A stretch of DNA of 64,000 bases from an uncultured Candidatus Rokubacteria bacterium (GCA_963805625.1 CAWDVE010000018.1:64001-128000); one strand, 5' to 3'; positions 29,098 to 38,519 are shown, numbered from the stretch's first letter. The notes: a model not told the origin generated them from the sequence alone. Translations and numbers: made by a program.

Positions 29098-30446
29098 GGC
29101 CAGGTGCCACACCATCTCGGTCGGTTAGGTGCCAGCGCATCTCGGTCACGGTGATACTGGAGTAAAGCCTGTGAGCGAGGGGGAGCCATGGCGAAAAGGG
29201 GCGGCGACGAGAGGCGACGCGGCGAACGCTGGTGGCGAAGGTCCGGGCCGGGGCCTCTATGCGGGCGGTGGCGCGCGCCCATGGAGTGAGCCTGTCCACG
29301 GTGCAGTGGTGGCACCGCCGGGCCGGGGCGCAGGCCCTGGACGACGTGGACTGGAGCGATCAGCCACGGGTGGCCAAGCGCATCCACCGGATCCCCGAGG
29401 CGGTGGAGCAGCTGGTGATGACCTTGCGGCACGACCTGAGGACGACCAGCGATCTGGGCGAGTATGGCGCCCGGGCCATCCACCGCGCCTTCGCGGCGCG
29501 TCGGCCGGCGACGGCCGTGCCGTCCGTGCGCACCATCGGCCGGATTCTGTACCGCCGGGGGGTCCTGGATCGTGTTCGCCGGCTGCGTCGGCCCCCGCCC
29601 CGCCCCGGCTGGTACCTCCCGGGCACCCCGGGACGGGGGGAGCTCGACAGCTTCGACATTGTAGAGGGCTTGGCGCTCACCGGGGGGCTGCAGCTGGAGG
29701 TCCTGACCGTCGTGTCCTTGTATGGGGGATTGCCCGGGGCCTGGCCGCAGCCGCTCGTGACGGCGAGCACCGCGGTGGCGGCGCTCGTCGCGCACTGGCG
29801 CACATGGGGCCTGCCGGCATACGCCCAATTTGACAATGACAGCATCTTCACCGGGACGCACCGCTGGCCCGATGCGCTGGGTCGCGTCGTCCGCACGTGC
29901 CTGCGCCTGGGCGTCCGCCCGGTCTTCGCCCCACCCCAGGAAAGTGGCTTCCAAGCCGCCATCGAGAACTTCAACGGCCGCTGGCAGGCCAAGGTCTGGA
30001 CCCGATTCCATCACGAATCGCTGGCCGCCCTGCAGGAGCGCTCCGACCGGTACATCCGCGCCTACCATCAGCGGGCGGCCGCGCGGATCGAGGCCGCCCC
30101 GCCGCGCCGCCCGTTCCCCGTCGCCTGGCAGGCCGATCTGCAAGCCCGCCTGCAGGGTGAGGTCTTGTTCCTGCGACGCACTTCGGACGCGGGGACGGTG
30201 CGCCTGCTCAATCGCACCCTGGAGGTCGCGCCCCATTGGCCCCACCGCCTGGTGCGATGCGAGCTGGATCTCACCGCCGGGATGCTCCGCTTCTACGCCC
30301 TGCGGCGTCGAGCGCCGGATCAGCAGCCTCTCTTGCGTGAGGCGCCCTATGTCTTTCCCCACAAGCCCTTCCACGAGTGACCGAGATGCGGTGGCACCTT
30401 CCCTCGAGTCGTCTCTTCTCCGACCGAGATGGTGTGGCACCTGGCC
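29098..30446 (+). mobile_element. insertion sequence, IS481-like, with 27-bp perfect TIRs and a 7-bp TSD
   Basis: TIRs GGCCAGGTGCCACACCATCTCGGTCGG at 29098-29124 and 30420-30446; inner repeats at 29127-29149 and 30377-30399; TCTGACC duplicated at 29091-97 and 30447-53. Confidence 0.9.
29188..30380 (+). CDS. DDE (rve/integrase core) transposase with N-terminal HTH; apparent frameshift near 29194-29201
   Basis: SMRAVARAHGVSLSTVQWW HTH; PSVRTIGRIL; D (SFD), D (QFDND), E (IENFN); RBS GGGGAG before ATG 29188 is out of frame with ORF 29232. Confidence 0.85.
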
Positions 30447-30455
30447 TCTGACCCC

Positions 30456-31565
30456 ATGAAAGCCGCGGTTTGCCGGGAGCTGGGTCAGCCCCTGGTCGTC
30501 GAGGACGTCATTCTCGACTCGCCCAAGGCCGGCGAGGTCCGCGTGCGGATCGGAGCGGTCGCGATCTGTCACAGTGACGTGCATCTGATCCGCGGGGACT
30601 GGGCCGGCTGGAGCAGCACACCGCCGCCCGTGGTGGCCGGGCACGAAGCCGCGGGAGTCGTCAGCGAGGTCGGCCCGGGGGTCACGCGAGTGCACCCGGG
30701 CGACCGCGTCGTCGTCTCGCTCCTCCGAACGTGCGGCGGCTGCGTCCCCTGCCTCACCGGTGCGGCGTACCTCTGCGAGGGGCAGTTCGCGCTCATCACG
30801 GAGCATCGGCTCCACAGCCGCACCGGCCAGCCGATCAACGCGGGTATCCGCGTCGCCGGGTTCGCAGAGTCGGTGGTGGTGGACCAGTCGCAGCTGGTCG
30901 TCGTCCCGGCCGACCTCGGGCTCGACCGGGCGTGCCTCCTGGCCTGCGGCGTCATCACGGGCGTCGGGGCCGTCCTCAACACCGCGCAGCTCACGCCGGG
31001 CAGCAGCGCCGTGATCATCGGCGCGGGCGGCGTCGGCGTCAACGCGATCCAGGGCGCGGCGCTCGCGGGGGCGACGCCCATCGTCGCCGTCGACGTCGTC
31101 GCACGAAAGCTGCCGACCGCGCGGAGCTTCGGCGCCACGCACGCCGTGGACGGGCGGCAGGGCGACGTGCGCGGGCTGGTGCGAGAGCTGACCGCCGGCC
31201 GGGGCGCCGACTACGTGTTCGTGACCGTGGGCAGCCCGGCGGCCGTGACCCAGGCGCTCACCCTCGCCCGACGGGGGGGAACCGTGGTACTGGTGGGAAT
31301 GCCGGCGGCCGGGGCCACCGCGCCGATCCCCATCGGGGACTTCGCCGGCAACGGGCTCAGGCTCCTCGGGAGCAATATGGGCTCGACCCGGCTCGGCGTG
31401 GACGTCCCTCGCCTCGTCGCGCGCTACCGGGAAGGCCGCCTGAACCTGGACGAGCTCATCACGGCCCGCTATCCGCTCGATCGGATCAACGAGGCGATCG
31501 TGGCGATGGAGGGCGGCGAGGCGCTCCGGAACGTCATCGTGTTCCCGGCTGCCGACGCGCCATGA
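30456..31565 (+). CDS. Zn-dependent alcohol dehydrogenase
   Basis: MKAAV, ICHSD, GHEAAG, CGGCVPC..C, LACGVITG, GAGGVG. Confidence 0.93.
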   Translation: MKAAVCRELGQPLVVEDVILDSPKAGEVRVRIGAVAICHSDVHLIRGDWAGWSSTPPPVVAGHEAAGVVSEVGPGVTRVHPGDRVVVSLLRTCGGCVPCLTGAAYLCEGQFALITEHRLHSRTGQPINAGIRVAGFAESVVVDQSQLVVVPADLGLDRACLLACGVITGVGAVLNTAQLTPGSSAVIIGAGGVGVNAIQGAALAGATPIVAVDVVARKLPTARSFGATHAVDGRQGDVRGLVRELTAGRGADYVFVTVGSPAAVTQALTLARRGGTVVLVGMPAAGATAPIPIGDFAGNGLRLLGSNMGSTRLGVDVPRLVARYREGRLNLDELITARYPLDRINEAIVAMEGGEALRNVIVFPAADAP

Positions 31566-31696
31566 ACCCCGCCCCGGATGCCGGCGGCCGCCTGACGCGC
31601 ACCCTGCCCGGGCGCTTCTACCACGATCCCGCGGCGAGCCCGGCAGTGGCGGGGGTCCGGGCACGGGCGCCTCAGGCGCCCGCGGGACGCCGGTAA
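31562..31696 (+). pseudogene. N-terminal remnant of a second Rieske oxygenase
   Basis: ATGA overlap with the ADH stop; MNPAPDAGGRLTRTLPGRFYHDP resembles the Rieske alpha N-terminus (compare SIPARYYYDP at 19246), then similarity ends. Confidence 0.6.
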
Positions 31697-32781
31697 GTCA
31701 GCCCGTACGCGAGGTTCTCCTGGCGGAGCCGCTTGTCGGTGCCGAAGAGGATGTGCTTCGACATGTCGGGCGAGTAGCGGCTCGCTGGGGGCCGCCGCCC
31801 GAGGGCCTCGGCGAGGCTCCGGACGTGGTGCGGCCCGGCGCCGCAGCAGACGCCGAGGTAGCGGACCCCGAGGTCGTAGGCCTCTTTGCCGAACTCGGCG
31901 ATCTCGTAACGGTTGCAGACGAAGGGATCGAGCGCCGCCGGAAAGGGCCGGTTCTCGGGGATCACCTTGCAGTGGGGATCGTTCAGAGACTGGAAGGTCG
32001 GCTCGGCCGGGGTCGTGCGGTACGGCACCGGGAGGGCCGCTACGTGGCAGCGCACCGCGCTCCGGATCTCCCGGAGCAAGGGCATCATGGTGTCGGGACC
32101 ACGCGAGCAGTTGAGGCCGACCACGTCCGCGCCGGCCGCATCGAGCCGCCGGGCGAGCTCCGCAACGCTCCCGCCCTCGCGCGTCATGCCCTCGCGGGGG
32201 ATCGCCAGGGTGATCACGGCCGGCTTCCCCGACCGCTTGATCGCCTCGAGAGCCAGCAGCGCCTCGCCGCCCCAGCTGTAGGTCTCGCCGACGATGAAGT
32301 CGACCCCCGCGTCCACCGCCCAGCCGATCTGCTCGTCGAAGATCCGGCGCGCCTGCTGGTGCGACTTCGTGTCATCGGGCCCGTAGATGCTCGTGTTGCA
32401 GATGTTCCCCGCGAGCAGGGTGCCCGTCTCGCGCGCGACCTTCTTGGCGAGGCGAAGCGCCGTGCGGTTGATCCGCTCGAGTTCCTTCTCCCGGCCGATG
32501 ATCTTGAGCTTGGCGCGGTGGGCGTAGTAGGTGAACGCCTCGACGACGTCCGAGCCCGCGTGGACGAAGTCCCGATGGAGACCTTCCACCAGGTCCGGGT
32601 GCTCGAGCACGACCACGGGGACGAAGGCGCCGGCCTGAAGATAGCCGCGCCGCTCGAACTCGAACAGGTAGCCCTCGGCGCAGATCACGGGACCCTTGGC
32701 GAGCCGCTCGAGCAGCCCCAGCCCCTGCCTGGGAGTCGCTTTCGTCGCCTTCTTCACCTTCTTGGCCGTCTTCGTCGCCAT
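31672..32781 (-). CDS. betaine-homocysteine S-methyltransferase-like protein
   Basis: CAEGYLFEFERRGYLQAGAFVP, HRDFVHAGSDV, GLNC, YLGVCCG. Confidence 0.9.
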   Translation of the reverse strand: MATKTAKKVKKATKATPRQGLGLLERLAKGPVICAEGYLFEFERRGYLQAGAFVPVVVLEHPDLVEGLHRDFVHAGSDVVEAFTYYAHRAKLKIIGREKELERINRTALRLAKKVARETGTLLAGNICNTSIYGPDDTKSHQQARRIFDEQIGWAVDAGVDFIVGETYSWGGEALLALEAIKRSGKPAVITLAIPREGMTREGGSVAELARRLDAAGADVVGLNCSRGPDTMMPLLREIRSAVRCHVAALPVPYRTTPAEPTFQSLNDPHCKVIPENRPFPAALDPFVCNRYEIAEFGKEAYDLGVRYLGVCCGAGPHHVRSLAEALGRRPPASRYSPDMSKHILFGTDKRLRQENLAYGLTYRRPAGA

Positions 32782-32815
32782 TTCGTTCTTCCTCTCTCGT
32801 CGAGCGAGTGCCGAG

Positions 32816-33997
32816 CTAGTGGGGTGGATCCGCCGCCGTCGCTCTTGGCAGCAAGGCATTGTCACGGAAGCGCGACCAGCGGAACGGCTCGAGGTCCCAC
32901 CCGGGCGCGTGGCCGGCCAGGACCACCTGGGCCAGGATATCGCCGACCGCCGGTGCGTGCTTGAAGCCATGGCCGCTCCAGCCGAAGTCAACGAAGAGCC
33001 CCGGGTGCTCGGGAACCGCGCCCAGCACCGGCTCATGATCGGGTGTGTTGTCGTACACCCCGGAGTAGCCACCCATCGAGAGCCCGTGCTCCATGGCCGG
33101 GAATCGCTGCGCGATCAGCTCCGCGTTCCGCAGGACTTCGGCCGGGTCGGCGCCCTCGTTGTAGTGGTCGGGATCGACGACCTCGTCGTAGGCGAAGAGC
33201 CCATGGATGGTGAGGTTTCCCGTCTCGGGGCGCATGTACGCGGCCTGGGGCCGGTCGAGAACCGCGGGATGGGGCCCGAAGTCCGGTGGCCGCCGGAAGA
33301 AGCACATCTGGTGGCGTGTCGGCGCCACCGGCACCTCGATGCCGAGCGGGCCCAGGAGCCGCCCGGCCCAGAGGCCGGCGCACACGACCACCGCGGGCGC
33401 GTGGATCTCGCCGGCCGCGGTCCGGACGCCGGTCACCCGGTCGCCCGCCGTCAGGATCGCCTCGACCGGCACGTACTGGACGACCGTGGCCCCCAGCTCG
33501 CGCGCTCGCGTGGCGAAAGCGTTCGTGGTCATCGCCGCGTCCGCGTAGCCGGACTCCGCCTCGTAGGCGCCGAGCGCCACGTCGTCGACGGCCATCGCCG
33601 GGACGAGCGCCTGCACCTCGGCGGGCCCCTGCGTCACGACGTTCGCGCCGAGCTCACGAGCCCGGCGGACGTTCGCGCACAGATTCTCGGCCCGGTCCGG
33701 GCCCACGAGCCAGAGGATCCCCACCTGACGAAACCCCGGGTCGCCGCCACCGATCCGCTCCGCCCAGTGCTGAAAGACGGTCGCCGACGTGTTCGCCGTG
33801 CGGGTGAGGAAGTCCATCGCGTAGAACCGGCGGACCAGGGCCGAGGACCGTCCGGTCGGGCCCGAGGCGAGGAACTTCCGCTCGACGAGGACCACTCGGC
33901 GAGCGCCGCGGCGCGCCAAATGGTACGCGACGCTCGCGCCGTGGACGCCGCCACCGATGACGACGACGTCGGCCGCGCGCGGGACGTCGGAGGTCAC
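32816..33997 (-). CDS. DAO-family FAD oxidoreductase (sarcosine oxidase beta/dimethylglycine dehydrogenase-like)
   Basis: VIGGGVHG, SGPTGRS, YDNTPD, GWSGHGFKHAP. Confidence 0.9.
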   Translation of the reverse strand: MTSDVPRAADVVVIGGGVHGASVAYHLARRGARRVVLVERKFLASGPTGRSSALVRRFYAMDFLTRTANTSATVFQHWAERIGGGDPGFRQVGILWLVGPDRAENLCANVRRARELGANVVTQGPAEVQALVPAMAVDDVALGAYEAESGYADAAMTTNAFATRARELGATVVQYVPVEAILTAGDRVTGVRTAAGEIHAPAVVVCAGLWAGRLLGPLGIEVPVAPTRHQMCFFRRPPDFGPHPAVLDRPQAAYMRPETGNLTIHGLFAYDEVVDPDHYNEGADPAEVLRNAELIAQRFPAMEHGLSMGGYSGVYDNTPDHEPVLGAVPEHPGLFVDFGWSGHGFKHAPAVGDILAQVVLAGHAPGWDLEPFRWSRFRDNALLPRATAADPPH

Positions 33998-34004
33998 GGA
34001 GTCG

Positions 34005-35039
34005 CTACCAGTTGCGGTCGCCGGTCGCGAAACGGGGAGCGTCGGCCGACTTGGGCTTCACACCTGCCATCTCCTCGAGGGTCCGGCTCTTCTGGATGCC
34101 TGGATGCCGGTCGAGGGCGGCGGACTTGGCGCTCGCAGGCGGGCGCCGCCCGAGCGCCTCGGCCATCGCGCGGACATGATGGGCGACCGAGCCGCAGCAG
34201 GAGCCGATGTAGTTGATCCCGAGCGCGTGCGCGCGGGTCGCGTAGGCGCCCATCTCGGCCCGGCTGAGCGTGAGGGAATCGAGGGCCAGCGGGAACTCGG
34301 GGAGCTGCGTGAAGTTCGGGAGGTCGTCCCGCGTCCGGAACCCGATCGGCTGGGCCGCCACGTAGCCGGACGTCGCCTGGCGCATCAGCTCGACGATCGG
34401 GAGCATCCGCTCCGGGTCGCGGCCGCAGTTCGCCCCGAGGATGTCCGCGCCCTCACCCGCCAGGATGCGCGTGGCTTCGACGAGGGGCACCCCCTCGGCG
34501 GTCTCGGTATCCCGCACCGTGAACGTGATCATCGCCGGGAAGCCAGCCGCCTTGATGGCATGGAGGCACTGGCGCGCCTCCTCGAGGAACGTGAACGTCT
34601 CGCCGATGAAGAAGTCGACGCCCTCCGCCGCCTGGACCGCGATCTGCTCGTCGAAGAGCCGGCGGACGACAGCGCGGGAGCCCGGGTCCTTCGGGTCGTA
34701 CATCCACGTGAGGCACAGCGTGCCGGCGACCAGGGCCTGGTCCCCCGCGACCTCGTTGGCGATGCGGACGGCCGCCCGGTTGATCGCCTCGACTTGGTCG
34801 GCGTACCCGGCGGTCCCGAGCTTCTCCTTGCTCGCGTAGAAGGTGAGCGCCTGGAGCACGTCGGCGCCGGCCCGCAGGAACTCCCGGTGGAGCTGGCGCA
34901 ACGCCTCGGGATGCTCGACGGCGACCTCGGGCGTGTACGGACCGGCCTGCACGTACCCGCGGTGCTCGAGCTCTAGGATGTAGCCGCCGTCGCCCAGGAC
35001 GGGCCCCTCCCGCAGTCGCTCGAGGATGCCCTTCTTCAT
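34005..35039 (-). CDS. betaine-homocysteine S-methyltransferase-like protein
   Basis: GDGGYILELEHRGYVQAGPYTPE, HREFLRAGADV, GANC, YIGSCCG. Confidence 0.9.
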   Translation of the reverse strand: MKKGILERLREGPVLGDGGYILELEHRGYVQAGPYTPEVAVEHPEALRQLHREFLRAGADVLQALTFYASKEKLGTAGYADQVEAINRAAVRIANEVAGDQALVAGTLCLTWMYDPKDPGSRAVVRRLFDEQIAVQAAEGVDFFIGETFTFLEEARQCLHAIKAAGFPAMITFTVRDTETAEGVPLVEATRILAGEGADILGANCGRDPERMLPIVELMRQATSGYVAAQPIGFRTRDDLPNFTQLPEFPLALDSLTLSRAEMGAYATRAHALGINYIGSCCGSVAHHVRAMAEALGRRPPASAKSAALDRHPGIQKSRTLEEMAGVKPKSADAPRFATGDRNW

Positions 35040-35081
35040 CGGGCCCACGGGGTACGCCGGGAGAAACGCCTCACGGTCGCG

Positions 35082-36410
35082 TCACACCCAGGGGGAGTGG
35101 CTGCCCGAGGCGCCGAACGTCCGGCCCGCGGCGTACCGGTCGAACGCGAACGGCTTGAGCTCGGGCACGTCGTCGCCCATCAGCAGCCGGGCCACCAGCT
35201 TGCCAGCGCCCGTCATCTTGAAGCCGTGGTTCGAGTCCGCGATCATGAAGACGTTCGGCGCCACCCAGTCGAACACGGGCACGTTGTCGGGCGTGAACGC
35301 GCCAATGCCGCCGTTGCGCCGCTCCCGGAACTGCGGGCGGCAGCCCTTGAACCGCGACATGGTCTGCCCCATCGCCGCACAGAAGTAGTCCGCGAACCAC
35401 GAGTCCGCCTGGTACTCGTCGTTCGCGTGGCCGTAGGGATCGGTGACGGCCGTGGGCCCGAGCTTGACGGGCGTAGTACCGCCCTGGAGGCCGGGGCGGT
35501 CCATCCGCTCGTTGCCGTTCTTGAAGTACACGTACGTGAAGTCCTTGATCGGCCGCCCCGAGCTCGGGTCGACGACGGGCTCCGAGGTCTCGACGTGGAG
35601 CACCGGCGGGTTCAGGCCTGCCGCCGTCAGGTACGGCTCGTCGTAGTAGACCTCCCCCTCCAGAAGCCGCCAGTACGTCCACATGTCCTTGGTGTCGACG
35701 GTGCCGTCGGGATAGCGACAGGTGAGCCTCGCGGGCTTGCCGAGCATCGCCCAGTGCTTGGGAGTCCAGGCGCCGAGACCCCAGACGACGACGTCGCAGG
35801 TGATCCGGCCCTGGTCGGTCAGTACCGCGCGCACCCGGCCGCCCTCGACATCGTACCCCGTCACCTCCACACCGGGCAGGACCCGGACGCCATGCTCGGC
35901 GCACTTCCCGGCCAGGCCGACCACGGCTTGCCGGGTCCCGGCGTAGCCGCTCACCCGCTCGTGAAGGGCGAGCCCGACGCGCGAGGTATTGAAGTCGGGC
36001 CAGAGGCCGCGGACGAACCGGCGCGCGTCCTCGCCGGCGTAGAGGTCGGAGGGGTAGCCGGCCGCGTTCTGGCTCTTCCAGACCCGCTCGTAGGCAGGGA
36101 GGTTCTGCTCCTCGTCCACGCCGACGTAACCCACCTGCTGGAACCCGAACGCGACCGGATCGTACGTCCAGACGTCCACGCTGTGACGGAGGATCGCGTG
36201 GAGCGGCTCGGTCATGTAGAGGTTCCGCACGCAGCCGCAGGCGATGCCCGACGCGCCCGCGCCCACCCCGGTCTTGTCGAGCACGACGACGTCCTGCCCC
36301 GTGCCCCGGCGGCGGCGCCCGAGCTCGAGGGCGAGATGCCAGCCGGTGCTGAGCCCGTGGATGCCGGCACCGATGACAACCGCGTGGACACTCTTCGGGA
36401 CTTGACTCAT
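35082..36410 (-). CDS. DAO-family FAD-dependent oxidoreductase
   Basis: GGAGG RBS; IGAGIHGLS, GASGIACG, GAFTPD, DSNHGFKM. Confidence 0.88.
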   Translation of the reverse strand: MSQVPKSVHAVVIGAGIHGLSTGWHLALELGRRRRGTGQDVVVLDKTGVGAGASGIACGCVRNLYMTEPLHAILRHSVDVWTYDPVAFGFQQVGYVGVDEEQNLPAYERVWKSQNAAGYPSDLYAGEDARRFVRGLWPDFNTSRVGLALHERVSGYAGTRQAVVGLAGKCAEHGVRVLPGVEVTGYDVEGGRVRAVLTDQGRITCDVVVWGLGAWTPKHWAMLGKPARLTCRYPDGTVDTKDMWTYWRLLEGEVYYDEPYLTAAGLNPPVLHVETSEPVVDPSSGRPIKDFTYVYFKNGNERMDRPGLQGGTTPVKLGPTAVTDPYGHANDEYQADSWFADYFCAAMGQTMSRFKGCRPQFRERRNGGIGAFTPDNVPVFDWVAPNVFMIADSNHGFKMTGAGKLVARLLMGDDVPELKPFAFDRYAAGRTFGASGSHSPWV

Positions 36411-36517
36411 GCGGACCTCCGGAGTCGCGGATCGCCCGAGGGGGCCGGACTTCTGTACCACTCGCTTCCGGAGCTCGTCAAGCCAGGGTCCTCCCGCGAC
36501 CTCGAGACGGGGCCGAG

Positions 36518-36974
36518 TCAGACCTTCGCGGCCTTTTCGCGGCCTTGATGCATTCGCACTGAGACACTGCAGCCCTTGCGGTCCGGAAAGAGCACGAGCC
36601 ACGACTCGTGGGCGCCCGCCAGGAGGCTGAGGCCCTCCGGGGACGGCCTGTCGCACGGGTCGGCATCAACCGCTCTCGCGACCGCAGCCGACGCAGGTGA
36701 GAAGTACGCTCTGACCTCACAATGGAGGCGCCCTTCCGATTCATGCCGAACGAAGATGGCCATGTCCCTGGGGCCGCCGGCCCGCGCGTACTCCGACAGG
36801 AAGAGCTCTTCGCCCGATCAGCCGGTTGCCCCCGTTGGGCGCCCGCACCGCGGCTTCGAAGATCAACTGGAGATCCGGAAGCGGGATCGCGTCGGGCCGG
36901 AACCGCCGGATCGACCGCTGGGTGAAGATGGCTTCGCCCACCGACATGTCGAGCCGCCCATGGTCGATCGTCAT
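36518..36974 (-). pseudogene. chimeric remnant: nitroreductase N-terminus joined to the C-terminal part of a small hypothetical protein
   Basis: GGAGG-ATG 36974; EAIFTQRSIRRFRPD...AAVRAPNGGNR stops at ~36820; then EELFLSEYARAGGPRDMAIFVRHESEGRLHCEV... in another frame. Confidence 0.6.
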
Positions 36975-37102
36975 CGCGCCTCCTCCGTGAGCGTGCACCA
37001 CCGTGCGCCAGACGGTGTCCGGCCGCGCTGCCCGCGGGCCCCGTCCTTGACGGCCCCGCGCGGCCCATGATACGGGCTTGTACGCATCACGTGCGACGAC
37101 TG

Positions 37103-38488
37103 ATGGAGACCTTTGCCGAGGTGCTCGCGACCTTCGCGGCGGGGCTGGCTCCCGGCCGGGTGCCCCGGGCCGTCGCCGAGCAGGCCGCGCGCCTGCTCGT
37201 GGACACCGCCGGGGTGGCACTGGCCGCCGTGCCCGAGGACTTCGCGGGCAGCGTCCAGACGGTCGCGCGGGCCCTCGGCGGACCGCCCGAGTCGAGTCTC
37301 TGGGGCGGGCGCGAGCAGATCGGGATGGCCGCCGCGGTCCTGGCCAACGGCACGCTGGCGCACGGACTCGACTACGACGACACGCTGGAGGAGGCGATCG
37401 TCCACACCGGATCCTGCTGCGTAACGGCGGCGCTCGCCGCCGGCGAAGCCCGCCATGCCTCAGGCGCCGAGGTGCTGGCGGCAATCGTGGCCGGCGTCGA
37501 GGTCATGGCCGCGGTCGGGAGCGCCTGCCCGGGCGCGTTCCACCGGCGTGGCTTCCATCCCACCGCGCTGTGCGGGTCCTTCGGCGCGGCGGCGGCCACC
37601 GGGCGGCTCCTCGGGCTGACCGCGGCGGAGCTGACCACGGCCTTCGGGCTCTGCGGCAGCCAGGCGAGCGGGATCATCGAGTACCTGACGGACGGCACCT
37701 GGACCAAGCGCCTCCACGCCGGCTGGGCGGCTCACGCGGGAGTCGTCGCGGCGATGCTCGCGCACGCCGGCTTCACAGGCCCCCGGACGGTCTTCGAAGG
37801 CACTCACGGCTTCTACCGGGGATTCGGCGGCGAGCTCCCCGACGCCGGCCGCCTCGCGGGGCTCGCGGCCGGGCTCGGTCGCGAGTGGGCGATCCAGCGC
37901 CTCATGTTCAAGGCGTATCCGTGCGGGTCGATCAACCAGCCCTACATGGACTGCGCGGCCCGGATCCGCGCGCTCCCGGGGTTCGATCCGGCGGCGATCC
38001 GGGCAATCATCTGCCGGACGGCGGAAGGCCCGGTGCACCGGCTCTGGGAGCCGCTTGCGGAGAAACAGCGGCCCACGACGCCCTATGGCGCCAAGTTCAG
38101 TCTGCCGTACTGCATTGCGCTCGTGCTGGTGGAGGGGGCGGCGGGGGTCGACGGCTTCAGCGAAGCGAAGACCCGGGACCCGCGCATCCTGGCGGTTGCC
38201 GGGAAGGTCCGCTACGTGCTCGACCCGAGCCTGCCCTACCCTCAGCGCTTCACGGGGCATGTGCGGGTTGAGCTCGGCGACGGGCGCGTGCTCGAGGAAA
38301 CTCAGGATGCGCCGCGGGGCGGCCCGGAGCATCCGCTCGGGCTCGAGGAGCTGCGGGCGAAGTTCCGCGCCAACGCGGCCCGAGCCCTGCCGGCCGCACA
38401 AGTGGACCTGTTGCTCGAGCGGCTGCTCGCGATTGACGGGGCAGGGGATGTCGCGCCGATCGTCGCGCGCCTCCGGCGCGCGGCGTGA
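37103..38488 (+). CDS. MmgE/PrpD family protein
   Basis: ANGTLAHGLDYDD, RGFHPT, TKRLHAG, KAYPC, AKFSLPY. Confidence 0.92.
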   Translation: METFAEVLATFAAGLAPGRVPRAVAEQAARLLVDTAGVALAAVPEDFAGSVQTVARALGGPPESSLWGGREQIGMAAAVLANGTLAHGLDYDDTLEEAIVHTGSCCVTAALAAGEARHASGAEVLAAIVAGVEVMAAVGSACPGAFHRRGFHPTALCGSFGAAAATGRLLGLTAAELTTAFGLCGSQASGIIEYLTDGTWTKRLHAGWAAHAGVVAAMLAHAGFTGPRTVFEGTHGFYRGFGGELPDAGRLAGLAAGLGREWAIQRLMFKAYPCGSINQPYMDCAARIRALPGFDPAAIRAIICRTAEGPVHRLWEPLAEKQRPTTPYGAKFSLPYCIALVLVEGAAGVDGFSEAKTRDPRILAVAGKVRYVLDPSLPYPQRFTGHVRVELGDGRVLEETQDAPRGGPEHPLGLEELRAKFRANAARALPAAQVDLLLERLLAIDGAGDVAPIVARLRRAA

Positions 38489-38519
38489 GGTGATGAACGC
38501 ACACGAGAGGAGGCCGACG

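Noticed and set aside
29098-29149. Repeated AGGTGCCA..CATCTCGGTC units as a possible mini-CRISPR array
   Set aside because: Only two copies per end, in inverted orientation across a transposase, with no spacers or cas genes; they are IS terminal repeats.
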